Shown: positions 9,302 through 18,477, numbered from the stretch's first letter. The stretch is DNA of 25,176 nt from Desulfobacterales bacterium (GCA_046483495.1 JAWODC010000062.1:1-25176), one strand, 5' to 3'. The notes: a model not told the origin generated them from the sequence alone. Numbers and translations: made by a program.

Positions 9302-11634
9302 ACATATCGAAAAAGGCACCAACCATGGCTTCCGGGCTAAAACAATATCAGGGGATCAATTCGGTAGCCGTCATCGGCAACTACCTTCCCCGCCGGTGCG
9401 GTATCGCGACATTCACGACGGACTTGGTTGAAGGACTGTCCGCCCAGGCGCCCGATATGAAAATCTGGGCCGCGGCGATGAACGACAGGCCCGAAGGGTA
9501 CTTTTATCCTGATAAAGTACGCTTCGAGATCAGTCAAAACAAATTGAGCGACTACGGCATGGCGTCTCAATTTCTCAATATCAGTCAAACGGACATTGTC
9601 TGCGTTCAGCATGAATACGGACTTTTCGGCGGACCGGCCGGTGGCCACCTGCTGAAACTGCTGGGGGACCTGCGCATGCCGGTGGTGACCACGCTGCATA
9701 CAGTGCTGAAGGACCCCGCGCCGGATTACCGTGACGTCATGTGCAGGCTGTCCGAGCTGTCCGACAAGCTGGTCGTGATGAGCCATGAGGCGTCCGTCTT
9801 CCTCAAGGAGATTTACGCCGTGCCCGAGGATAAAATTGCTTTTATACACCACGGCATTGTCGACACGCCGTTTATCGATCCCAGTTTCAACAAGGACAAG
9901 TTCGATGTGGAAGGCAAAAAAGTACTTCTCACCTTTGGCTTGCTTTCTCCAAACAAAGGCATCGAGAATGTGCTGCGGGCGCTTCCGGCGGTCATCGAAA
10001 AGCACCCGGATGTAGTCTATATTGTTCTGGGTGCGACCCATCCGCACATTTTGCAATCCCATGGGGATGCCTACCGCATCATGCTGCAGCAGCTCGTGCG
10101 CAAACTCGATTTGGCCGCGCATGTCAAATTTCAAAACCGGTTTGTCGAGCAAAAAGAGTTGTGGGAGTTTCTGGGCGCCACCGATATCTATGTCACCCCC
10201 TACCTGAATGAGGCCCAGATTACCTCCGGGACCCTCGCTTATGCCATGGGCGCCGGCAAAGCGATCATTTCAACCCCTTACTGGTACGCGACCGAGATGC
10301 TGGCCGAAGACCGCGGCCGGCTCGTGCCCTTTAACAATCCGGATGCCATGGCCGCGCAGATCATCGATCTGCTGGACAACGATATCGCCCGGCACGCCAT
10401 GCGCAAGAAAGCCTATATGTTCAGCCGCGACGCGGTCTGGAAGGAGGTTTCAAACCAATATCTCCGGCTGTTCAATGATGTTCAGCGCAACAGGGACACG
10501 AATCCCCGTCCCCGACACGCCTATGTGGCCCATATCAAAGCCATTACGGCTTTCGAACTTCCGGAGATCAAGCTCGATCATCTCAAAACCCTCACGGACG
10601 ATACCGGCATCTTGCAGCATGCCAACCATACTATCCCCGACCGCAGTCACGGCTACTGCACCGATGACAATGCCAGGGCGCTGCTGGCGGCCGCCATGGG
10701 GCGCAAATACCTGTCGGCCAACGGTTGGGACCTTGATCGTCTCAGTGGTCATTACCTTGGGTTCCTGCAGTATGCCTTTGAAGAAAAAAATGAGCGCTTT
10801 CGGAACTTCATGACCTATTCGCGGCAATGGACGGAGGCGGTTGGGTCCGAGGATGCGCACGGCAGGGCTCTTTGGTGCCTTGGCAAGGCAGTGGCGCTGC
10901 TGGATAATCCCGGACATCTGGCCATGTGCACGACGCTTTTTAAAAAAGCACTGCATGCCGTTGAAAATTTTGCTTCGCCGCGTGCGATTGCCTTTTCCCT
11001 GGTGGGTATGCATGCCTACCTGGAAAAATTTTCAGGCGACAGCGATGTACGTCGCATCCGAAAGGTGCTGGCCGACAAGCTTTTCACGCAGTTTAAAAAT
11101 AACGCGACGGACGACTGGCCCTGGCTTGAAAATGCATTGAACTATGCCAACGGCAAACTGCCCCATGCTTTGCTGTTGTCAGGCCGGCGATTACAGCGCA
11201 ACGATATGCTGGATATGGGGTTCGTCTCCCTTAGGTGGTTGCTGGCCATCCAGACCGAAGACCGGCACTTCGTGCCTATCGGCAGCAATGGGTGGTACGA
11301 AAAAGGCGGCCTCAAGGCCCGTTTCGACCAGCAGCCGATCGAAGCGAACGCCATGGTCGAAGCGTGCGTTGAAGCTTTCAATATCACCCGGGAAAAAGCC
11401 TGGTTCGACAATGCCGTCATGTGCTTCAACTGGTTTCTGGGGCACAACGACCTCAACGTGCCGCTTTATGATCCCATTACCGGCGGCTGCCGCGACGGCT
11501 TGATGGCCGACGGCATCAACCAGAACGAAGGCGCTGAATCCTCCCTGGCCTGGCTCCTTTCGCTGATCACACTGCAAAGGCTCTATGCCGAGGAGATTGT
11601 GAACCGGCCGGCCTCCCCGAAAGCCGGGGAGTAA
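9298..11634 (+). CDS. GT4 glycosyltransferase fused to a C-terminal six-hairpin glycosidase-like domain
   Basis: 778 aa. GNYLPRRCGIATFT, QHEYGLFGG, TFGLLSPNKGIE, TSGTLAYAMGAGKAIISTPY (GT-B). C-terminal half has GYCTDDNARAL, SEDAHGRALW, FDQQPIEA, GGCRDGL, NQNEGAES. Alternative start at 9325. Confidence 0.88.
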   Translation: MNISKKAPTMASGLKQYQGINSVAVIGNYLPRRCGIATFTTDLVEGLSAQAPDMKIWAAAMNDRPEGYFYPDKVRFEISQNKLSDYGMASQFLNISQTDIVCVQHEYGLFGGPAGGHLLKLLGDLRMPVVTTLHTVLKDPAPDYRDVMCRLSELSDKLVVMSHEASVFLKEIYAVPEDKIAFIHHGIVDTPFIDPSFNKDKFDVEGKKVLLTFGLLSPNKGIENVLRALPAVIEKHPDVVYIVLGATHPHILQSHGDAYRIMLQQLVRKLDLAAHVKFQNRFVEQKELWEFLGATDIYVTPYLNEAQITSGTLAYAMGAGKAIISTPYWYATEMLAEDRGRLVPFNNPDAMAAQIIDLLDNDIARHAMRKKAYMFSRDAVWKEVSNQYLRLFNDVQRNRDTNPRPRHAYVAHIKAITAFELPEIKLDHLKTLTDDTGILQHANHTIPDRSHGYCTDDNARALLAAAMGRKYLSANGWDLDRLSGHYLGFLQYAFEEKNERFRNFMTYSRQWTEAVGSEDAHGRALWCLGKAVALLDNPGHLAMCTTLFKKALHAVENFASPRAIAFSLVGMHAYLEKFSGDSDVRRIRKVLADKLFTQFKNNATDDWPWLENALNYANGKLPHALLLSGRRLQRNDMLDMGFVSLRWLLAIQTEDRHFVPIGSNGWYEKGGLKARFDQQPIEANAMVEACVEAFNITREKAWFDNAVMCFNWFLGHNDLNVPLYDPITGGCRDGLMADGINQNEGAESSLAWLLSLITLQRLYAEEIVNRPASPKAGE

Positions 11635-11644
11635 AGGCGCAGCT

Positions 11645-12664
11645 ATGCATATCGCCATGCTCGCACCGATCGCCTGGCGCACACCGCCACGGCATTATGG
11701 GCCCTGGGAAAATGTGGCCTCTCTTCTCACCGAGGGGCTGGTGGCATTCGGTCATGATGTCACCCTGTTTGCAACCGCGGACTCGCAGACCAGTGCCGAA
11801 CTGCGTGCCGTTTGCCCACAGGGGTATGAAGAGAACCGCTCCCTCATCCCCAAGGTCTGGGAGTGCCTGCACATCTCGGAACTCTTTGAGCATGCCGATG
11901 CCTACGACATTATCCACAACCATTTCGATTATCTACCCCTGACCTACAGCGGCCTGACCGCCACCCCGCTCGTGACCACCATTCACGGATTTTCGTCGCC
12001 CGGAATTTTGCCGGTGTTTAAAAAATACAACGGCAAAACCTTCTATGTCGCCATCAGCAACGCAGACCGGGCGCCGGAACTCGATTATATCAAGACCGTT
12101 CACCACGGCATCGATCTTGCCCAATTCGATTTTCAGCCCGATCCGGACGATTATCTGCTTTTTTTCGGGCGCATGCACCCGGACAAAGGCGCCCGCGAAG
12201 CGATAGAGATCGCCGGGACCGCCGGCAAAAAATTGATCCTCGCGGGCATTGTCCAGGACCGGGATTACTTTGATCACCATGTGGCCCCCCACCTGAACAA
12301 AGACCGGATAATCTACATCGGCAGTGTCGGACCCGTCGAGCGCAGCCGGTTGCTCGGCAAGTCCCGCGCGCTGTTGCACCCCATTGCTTTTGATGAGCCC
12401 TTCGGTCTGTCGGTTGTCGAAGCCATGGCCTGCGGCACGCCCGTGATCGCCTTTGACAGGGGCAGCATGCCCGAGTTGATCCAAAGCGGTGAAAGCGGTT
12501 TTCTGGTCGGCACGGTGACCGAGGCCGTTGAAGCGGTCGCACGCATTGACGCAATTGATCGCGCCTACTGTCGCCGCCATGTTGAAAAGCACTTCACGGT
12601 CGAGCGCATGATCCGCAAATACACCCACGTCTATGAAACGATTTTACAGGATCGCCCGTTATGA
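11645..12664 (+). CDS. GT4 glycosyltransferase
   Basis: 339 aa. PPRHYGPWE, GHDVTLFA, FFGRMHPDKG, EPFGLSVVEAMACGTPVI (EX7E motif). Confidence 0.93.
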   Translation: MHIAMLAPIAWRTPPRHYGPWENVASLLTEGLVAFGHDVTLFATADSQTSAELRAVCPQGYEENRSLIPKVWECLHISELFEHADAYDIIHNHFDYLPLTYSGLTATPLVTTIHGFSSPGILPVFKKYNGKTFYVAISNADRAPELDYIKTVHHGIDLAQFDFQPDPDDYLLFFGRMHPDKGAREAIEIAGTAGKKLILAGIVQDRDYFDHHVAPHLNKDRIIYIGSVGPVERSRLLGKSRALLHPIAFDEPFGLSVVEAMACGTPVIAFDRGSMPELIQSGESGFLVGTVTEAVEAVARIDAIDRAYCRRHVEKHFTVERMIRKYTHVYETILQDRPL

Positions 12665-13602
12665 AACCGCAGAAACCGATCGTTACCCGCTTTAAAAAAA
12701 ACCCCATCCTGACAAGAGAGGATGTGCCCTATCCGGTCGCCACCGTTCATAATGCAGGCGTTGTCAAACACGATGAGCGTTACATCATGCTGTTCAGGTC
12801 GCATCTGCGCAACGGACGCTCCATCATCGGCCGGGCCGACAGCGAAGACGGATTATCTTTCAAGGTTGATCCCCAGCCGTTTCTTTTACCAGCCAATGAA
12901 GGTGTTTTTGCCGAATATGAAGCATTCGGGGTCGAGGACTTGAGAATCTGCCCGTTTGAAGACTGCTATCTGCTGACTTACAGCGCCTATTCCCGGCACG
13001 GCGTGCGGATCGCCCTGGCGCGAACCCGGGATTTCGAAAAGGTGGAACGTATTGCGCTGATCACCCAGGCCGACCTGCGCAATGTGGTTATTTTTCCTGA
13101 AACGTTCGGCGGACGGTATGTCCGGCTGGACCGGCCGCATTCGGAAATTTCACCCTGGTCGATCTGGATATCCTATTCTCCCGACCTGGTGCACTGGGGC
13201 GACTCGCGCGTAATCATGAAGCCGGCGGCATATCACTGGGATGAAATGAAAATCGGCCCCGGATCGCCGCCGTTTAGAACCGGCAAAGGCTGGCTGCATA
13301 TTTATCACGGCGCGTTCAAGACCATGTCCGGATCCGTCTATCGCCTAGGCGCGGCCCTGCACGCCCTCGACGATCCGGCCACCCTCATCGGTGTTTCCGA
13401 TCAATGGATCCTGCAGCCCGAAGATCCCTGGGAAGTCAACGGCTATGTGCCCAATGTGGTCTTCACCTGCGGTGCAATTCCGGAAAACGACGGTACGGTG
13501 AAAATCTACTGGGGCGGTGCGGACACGGTCATGTGCGCCGGTACGGCCTCCATCGAGGAATTGGCGGCGCTTTGCCTCACCGATTCCCGGCCGCCGTTGT
13601 AG
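12661..13602 (+). CDS. GH130 beta-mannoside phosphorylase-like enzyme
   Basis: 313 aa. NPIL, HNAG, GVEDLRI (catalytic Asp region), LRNVVIFPE, LDRP, KIGPG, YHG, GYVPNVVF, YWGGAD. Confidence 0.9.
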   Translation: MKPQKPIVTRFKKNPILTREDVPYPVATVHNAGVVKHDERYIMLFRSHLRNGRSIIGRADSEDGLSFKVDPQPFLLPANEGVFAEYEAFGVEDLRICPFEDCYLLTYSAYSRHGVRIALARTRDFEKVERIALITQADLRNVVIFPETFGGRYVRLDRPHSEISPWSIWISYSPDLVHWGDSRVIMKPAAYHWDEMKIGPGSPPFRTGKGWLHIYHGAFKTMSGSVYRLGAALHALDDPATLIGVSDQWILQPEDPWEVNGYVPNVVFTCGAIPENDGTVKIYWGGADTVMCAGTASIEELAALCLTDSRPPL

Positions 13603-13711
13603 AAAAATTTTGGGGTTGTCGGGTTGGATGATGAACCCAATAATCCAACGGGTTCAATGCACCCTGATTTTCAGGGCTGAAAGCTTTGATCGGATTTAAG
13701 GACAAAAGGAT

Positions 13712-15190
13712 ATGGGGCTGGAAAAACCACAAAAACTCAAGGTCGGAAGAAAGGCGATAAAAATCGTGGGCGATACCTCGCGGGTGATCACCCGGCCCCA
13801 TCTTCCCGACGAAAAACATCGCATTACCAGGATCATCAACCGTATATTGAGTTTGCCCGGCGCGGCGGTGGAAGACTTAAAGGCGCGGATCATGTCCGAT
13901 TTTGCCGGAAGGCACGAGGATATCGGGCACATTTTTGACCTGAACCTGGCCCTTGTAAAAGATTATCTTCCACGGGACAGAATACTCAGCGAAGTGCAAA
14001 AGTCCCTCATCGGCGCATATTTCACAAAAGAATACGCGATTGAATCGGCCGCCCTTTTCAATCCTTCCATGATTGCCCATCCGGATCAAAGCCATCTGGA
14101 AACAGGCAGCCTGCGGTTTATCATGAGCCTGCGGGCCACCGGCGAAGGGCATATCTCCTCAATCGTCTTTCGAAGCGGCGTCCTTGATTGGCGAAACCGA
14201 ATTATTTTCGACCCGATCAGTGATTTCGTGGAAACGCCGGATCTGCGACTGGACCCGGTTTACAAAAGCGGTCCGTTCCGGCGCAAATTGGACGAGATGG
14301 GAGCCGCCGATGAAATCAGCGCCCACATTCTTGACAGGCTGCCGGAGGATTTTGCTTACAACGCGTTATTGGAGCAGATAAAAAGGCTTCGCGAGTCGTC
14401 GAACTTTTCCGAAGCACGCCAAAACAGAACCTTCGAGATGATGCTCTGGCTGGCCGATTCCAATTACGAGGTGGGTTTTCATGCCAATCACCGCATATCC
14501 GAACGGGTGATCTTTCCGGTTTCGAAAAACGAATGCCGAGGCATCGAAGATGCCCGGTTCGTCCAATTTTTCGATGACCGGCAGCAGGCCGTCTACTATG
14601 CCACATATACCGCATACAACGGCACGGCGATCCTGCCGCAATTAATCGAAACAAAGGATTTCATCACCTTCAATGTGCTCACCCTCAACGGCAAAGCCGT
14701 CAAAAACAAGGGTATGGCGCTTTTTCCGCGTAAAATCGGCGGATGTTATGTCATGCTGTCTCGCCAGGATGGTGAAAACAACCAGATCATGTTTTCTGAC
14801 AATATCCATTTCTGGCAAACGGCTCGGGTCATCCAGACGCCGCAACACCCATGGGAATTCATTCAGATCGGCAACTGTGGCTCTCCCTTGGAAACGGACC
14901 AAGGATGGATCGTACTCACCCACGGTGTCGGGCCGATGCGCCAGTATTGCATCGGCGCGGTCCTTCTTGATCTTGAAAACCCGGCCAAGGTCATCGCTCG
15001 GCTGGATGAGCCGTTGCTTACGCCTCATGACAGCGAACGCGAGGGCTACGTTCCCAATGTCGTTTATTCCTGCGGGGCGATCATTCACAACGGGGAGTTG
15101 GTCATTCCCTATGCCATGTCCGATATCAATTCGGGCATCGCCACCGTCGGCGTCGCAGCCTTGCTGGACGCCATGCGCACGTTGGCATAA
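13712..15190 (+). CDS. Long-form GH130 family glycosidase/phosphorylase
   Basis: 492 aa. ESAALFNPS, SLRATGEGHISSI, GIEDARFV, NKGMALFPRKI, QIGNCGSP, THGVGPMR, EREGYVPNVVYSCG, PYAMSD. Confidence 0.88.
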   Translation: MGLEKPQKLKVGRKAIKIVGDTSRVITRPHLPDEKHRITRIINRILSLPGAAVEDLKARIMSDFAGRHEDIGHIFDLNLALVKDYLPRDRILSEVQKSLIGAYFTKEYAIESAALFNPSMIAHPDQSHLETGSLRFIMSLRATGEGHISSIVFRSGVLDWRNRIIFDPISDFVETPDLRLDPVYKSGPFRRKLDEMGAADEISAHILDRLPEDFAYNALLEQIKRLRESSNFSEARQNRTFEMMLWLADSNYEVGFHANHRISERVIFPVSKNECRGIEDARFVQFFDDRQQAVYYATYTAYNGTAILPQLIETKDFITFNVLTLNGKAVKNKGMALFPRKIGGCYVMLSRQDGENNQIMFSDNIHFWQTARVIQTPQHPWEFIQIGNCGSPLETDQGWIVLTHGVGPMRQYCIGAVLLDLENPAKVIARLDEPLLTPHDSEREGYVPNVVYSCGAIIHNGELVIPYAMSDINSGIATVGVAALLDAMRTLA

Positions 15191-15251
15191 CTCGTCGAGA
15201 CCGTAGCAAGCCATGTATCATCGCGACCAGCCGGTAAGAAGGAGGATGAAA

Positions 15252-15344
15252 ATGAAAATTCTTGCCGGAAACCTATCCTATGATATAACGAAAGCAGACA
15301 TGTACAGGAATTCGAGACCTTCGGTGGTAGCGTCCGTGGAATGA
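15252..15344 (+). pseudogene. RRM (RNP-motif) RNA-binding protein remnant
   Basis: AAGGAGG RBS at 15239-15245. MKILAGNLSYDITKAD (RNP2-like), then QEFETFG in another frame (15305-15325), then VASVE*. RNP1 and the rest of the domain are missing. Confidence 0.6.
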
Positions 15345-15408
15345 GAAGTTGCAAAAAATGGTTGCCTTTCACTGGACCCCACAAATCAACATAAAAGGAT
15401 GATAATGC

Positions 15409-15840
15409 ATGCTCAAGACGCTTTGGATTGCGATAACCGGTTTTTTTACAGACCACAGGGTCCTGTTAAGCTGGCTTGGCGGATTATCGCTGCTGATGTT
15501 CCTCGTTTCCTTGATAACGGTTCCGCTGGTAATCGTCCGGCTGCCTGTAGATTACTTGCGCCGGAACCATAAATTGCTTCAAGACTGGCCGTCGCATTTT
15601 TCGGTGCCGTTCCTGATTTTAAAAAACGGCCTTGGCGTAATGTTTTTGATAAGCGGCCTGGCCATGCTGATTCTGCCTGGACAGGGGTTCCTGACCTTGT
15701 TCATCGGGTTGGCGATGGTCGATTTCCCTCGCAAACACATTCTGATTCGTCGAATTTTGGGACACAGGCGCATCTTCCCAATCATCAATCGGGTACGGAC
15801 GAGGTTCGGCAAACCCGAATTGGAAGCCCCCCCAAGCTGA
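15409..15840 (+). CDS. PGPGW-domain-like membrane protein
   Basis: 143 aa, hydrophobic segments, KNGLG..GLAMLILPGQGFLTLFIGL..DFPRK, basic C-terminus. Confidence 0.8.
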   Translation: MLKTLWIAITGFFTDHRVLLSWLGGLSLLMFLVSLITVPLVIVRLPVDYLRRNHKLLQDWPSHFSVPFLILKNGLGVMFLISGLAMLILPGQGFLTLFIGLAMVDFPRKHILIRRILGHRRIFPIINRVRTRFGKPELEAPPS

Positions 15841-16067
15841 AGCAGGCGAACGGTCGCAAAGCCTCAAAAATCAAGACCTCGGTCACCACAACCTGCTGCC
15901 CCCGCCACTCGATCCCGCCCCCGCCGGCGATTAGGTGGGGTTCATCAACCGCTGCGAATAAATGATTCGCCCTATTGATTCATCCCGACCCATCAGATAA
16001 TTAAGAGAGATGAGGGGGTTATGCCATTTTCCGCCACGGTGGCCTTCACGGTCAAAGAGGTGTCCTC

Positions 16068-16520
16068 ATGAGGGTTTGTTCCATTCTATTGTATGCAGTG
16101 CTGTTGCATGCGAGTATTCCCTCCGTCGCTTTAACCCAATCATCACGCTGCCCCGGTATTCACGTGAAGGTTCTGAACATTAAAGGCAGCGAGGGAAACG
16201 TAGCGTGTGCGCTTTTTGAATCGTCGGTTGGATTCCCTTCCAAGTTTCTGCGTTATGCGACCAATGTCATGGTAATAAAAATTCGGCAGGAGCAGGCGAG
16301 TTTCACCTTTTTAGACATCCCGCCGGGAACATATGCGCTTGCCGTCGTTCATGATGAAAATATGAACGGCGAGATTGACACCAACTGGTTGGGGATCCCA
16401 AAGGAAGGCTACGGTTTCTCAAACAACGCAAAAGCCTCGTTCGGCTCGCCTTCGTTTTCTGCGGCCAGCTTCCACTACCCGGGACAGAACATGGAGATGA
16501 CGATCAGCCTGCATTATTGA
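16068..16520 (+). CDS. DUF2141 domain exported protein
   Basis: Signal-peptide-like N-terminus; PPGTYALAVVHDENMNGEIDTNWLGIPKEGYGFSNNA. Confidence 0.9.
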   Translation: MRVCSILLYAVLLHASIPSVALTQSSRCPGIHVKVLNIKGSEGNVACALFESSVGFPSKFLRYATNVMVIKIRQEQASFTFLDIPPGTYALAVVHDENMNGEIDTNWLGIPKEGYGFSNNAKASFGSPSFSAASFHYPGQNMEMTISLHY

Positions 16521-16554
16521 GCGTCCTTTTCGATGCTTGAAGCCAAAGATGTAA

Positions 16555-16828
16555 GAAAGAACCGTTGAATGGCAAGCCAATCCCGATCTGGATCCGGATC
16601 GGGAAGACACTACCATTTTTTTGTACCAATCGATTCGTGAATTTCTGTTCAATGTAGTCAAACATTCCGGCGCCAACCTGGCGCGGATTGAAATGTCCCG
16701 GAATCACAACATGCTGCGGGTTGCGGTATGTGACAACGGGCCGGGATTCGACGCGAAAGGTACGGATAAAACTGGAGAAAATGGATTCGGGCTGTTTTCC
16801 ATCCGCGAACAGTTGGCGTTGCTGGGCG
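16555..16828 (+). pseudogene. HATPase_c fragment (N, G1, G2 boxes) of a HisKA_3-type kinase, truncated at both ends
   Basis: TVEWQANPDLDPDREDTTIFLYQSIREFLFNVVKHSG..VCDNGPGFD..GFGLFSIREQLALLG. Aligns to the intact kinase at 20332-23634; homology stops abruptly after LLG. Confidence 0.85.
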
Positions 16829-16905
16829 CCTATGGAATCATTTCAAAAGATCCAATGCCACCGTCGGTTTTTTCTCCAGTCTCTCTGCATCGAAAACAAT
16901 TGGGA

Positions 16906-17376
16906 TCAGTGTCGAACTCCAGACTTTCGCTGTTCTTCTCGAATGGTACCGCCGATAACTAAAGCGGCTCCGAAGAGAAGGAAATCTTTCACCAGATATT
17001 GGCCTTCAAGACTTGGTACCAAAGGAAAATTTACAAAACAGACGTCGGCGCGTATGACAAGCGCGAGGAGAGTTCCTGCAAGGCGGACGGCCAGAAGTAA
17101 AAGAGCGATACGGAGCAAAGAGTGAATAAATAGGCAGATTCCTATTGCCATCTCCCAGAGGCCCAGGATTGGCACCACGATCTCCGGAGAAGCGAAGTAC
17201 ACCGTATGAGCGATAAGCGATGTAGCGGACTTGTAGCCCGCGACCTTCAGTGCTCCGAACCAAAAGAAGACAATCGCCAATGTGAGACGGTGAATGCGAT
17301 GTCCCCACTGCTCCATCCAGTCGGCCAGTCGGCGATCGAATACATCAAGCCGCTTGATATGAAACCATCTCTTCAC
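16906..17376 (-). CDS. DoxX/DUF417-like membrane protein
   Basis: 156 aa. LAIVFFWFGALK, LGLWEMAIGI, SLEGQYLVKD. Start uncertain. Confidence 0.78.
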   Translation of the reverse strand: MKRWFHIKRLDVFDRRLADWMEQWGHRIHRLTLAIVFFWFGALKVAGYKSATSLIAHTVYFASPEIVVPILGLWEMAIGICLFIHSLLRIALLLLAVRLAGTLLALVIRADVCFVNFPLVPSLEGQYLVKDFLLFGAALVIGGTIREEQRKSGVRH

Positions 17377-17797
17377 GGGTTTTCGGTACTGTGTCTTCGT
17401 GTTTCAAGTCGGCATACTTGTCTATATCTGTTTACATCGTTTTTTATAAAGCCCCCGATCTTCATAAATAAATACAGTATGCACCCCGAATTAAGTATAT
17501 TAGAGCGAAAATAACGTGGGGGTTATCTTTTTTTAATTTTAAACAACGTGCCCATATTTATGACTTTAAAATATATCAATTCTTTCTGTTCGGAGTCAAG
17601 TTTTTATACATCAAAACACTGGGCAACAGCCTCGTTTTAGTTTCATAAAGAGACGGCGCCATTTTACGGCATCATCGTGATCCTTTCCACGATCGCCGTG
17701 AATGTTTTCCGGCACGTTACTTATAACTTAACAAAATTAGAAAACCACTTTGAATGATCATAGGCTTAATTTCTTGATCGAGGGACTTCTAAGAAAT

Positions 17798-18235
17798 TTA
17801 TATTTGGATCAGCGGATTTCGGGCCACGATTTCCGGAAATCGTTTAAAATCCCTATCGGCAGTCCATAATTCACGGATTCCGTGAAATCGGCAGAGCGCG
17901 GCTATTCGCGCATCGTGGATCATCGGCCCATTGATCCGGCTGCGTTGAATCATGCTTTTTATCCGGTTCCAGTAGCCGTCTGATTCGCCAAGCATTACCA
18001 GAGACGGCGACTCCAACCAGGCATCTACTTGAGCAAGCGCGCTTTCAAGCGGCGTAGGGGGATTGAATATTCTCGGGTGTGTCGCAATGGATAGATATTC
18101 ATGAATACAGGGCCAGGGAATGGCCCATGGCTCGCGACTTTCAGCCAAAGAACGGATACACTCAAATGCCGTATCGTGCCATTCGGCGTCTTCGCGGTGG
18201 GCGTACACCAGTATGTTGGTATCGACAGCAATCAA
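17798..18235 (-). CDS. vapC: VapC-family PIN toxin
   Basis: MIAVDTNILVYA, PWPCIHEY, HDARIAALC, LWTADRDF; conserved acidic PIN residues; overlaps the antitoxin stop. Confidence 0.93.
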   Translation of the reverse strand: MIAVDTNILVYAHREDAEWHDTAFECIRSLAESREPWAIPWPCIHEYLSIATHPRIFNPPTPLESALAQVDAWLESPSLVMLGESDGYWNRIKSMIQRSRINGPMIHDARIAALCRFHGIRELWTADRDFKRFPEIVARNPLIQI

Positions 18236-18477
18236 CCGCCGCGATCCTCATAGCTGAGTTCCCTTATACGAACCCAGGAAGCTCCGACCACATCCGGCTG
18301 CAATCCCTGCCCTTTAAACGTCGCCTTTTTGAGTTTGAATTGCCCGGATCGTTTTCTTTGAGCAATCACTTTCCTCAGGCCTTCCTCAAACAGGGCTTTC
18401 AAGGTGATATTATCTCTGGCGGCAATGGCTTTTGCCGCTTCCATAAGACTATCCGGTATGTTTATGGTTGTTTTCAT
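18232..18477 (-). CDS. vapB: VapB-like ribbon-helix-helix antitoxin
   Basis: MKTTINIPDSLMEAAKAIAARDNITLKALFEEGLR; directly upstream of the PIN toxin. Start at 18477 or 18489. Confidence 0.85.
   Translation of the reverse strand: MKTTINIPDSLMEAAKAIAARDNITLKALFEEGLRKVIAQRKRSGQFKLKKATFKGQGLQPDVVGASWVRIRELSYEDRGG

Noticed and set aside
8984..9326. Phe/Leu-rich - strand ORFs that look like membrane proteins
   Set aside because: Antisense shadows of the A-rich Lys-codon microprotein on the + strand.
9337..12628. Long antisense ORFs (e.g. 9337..10152, 11933..12628) and similar ones elsewhere in the window
   Set aside because: They fully overlap well-supported genes on the opposite strand, have no motifs, and are expected in GC-rich coding DNA.
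15807..15870. GGCAAAC...GGTCGCAAAGCC resembling a c-di-GMP-I riboswitch
   Set aside because: The spacing is too long, there is no GNRA-capped P2 stem or recognisable second stem, and the first half lies inside a CDS.
16829..16962. C-terminal part of the 113-aa ORF call 16621..16962
   Set aside because: Kinase homology ends at 16828; the remainder is read-through that overlaps the opposite-strand DoxX-like gene.
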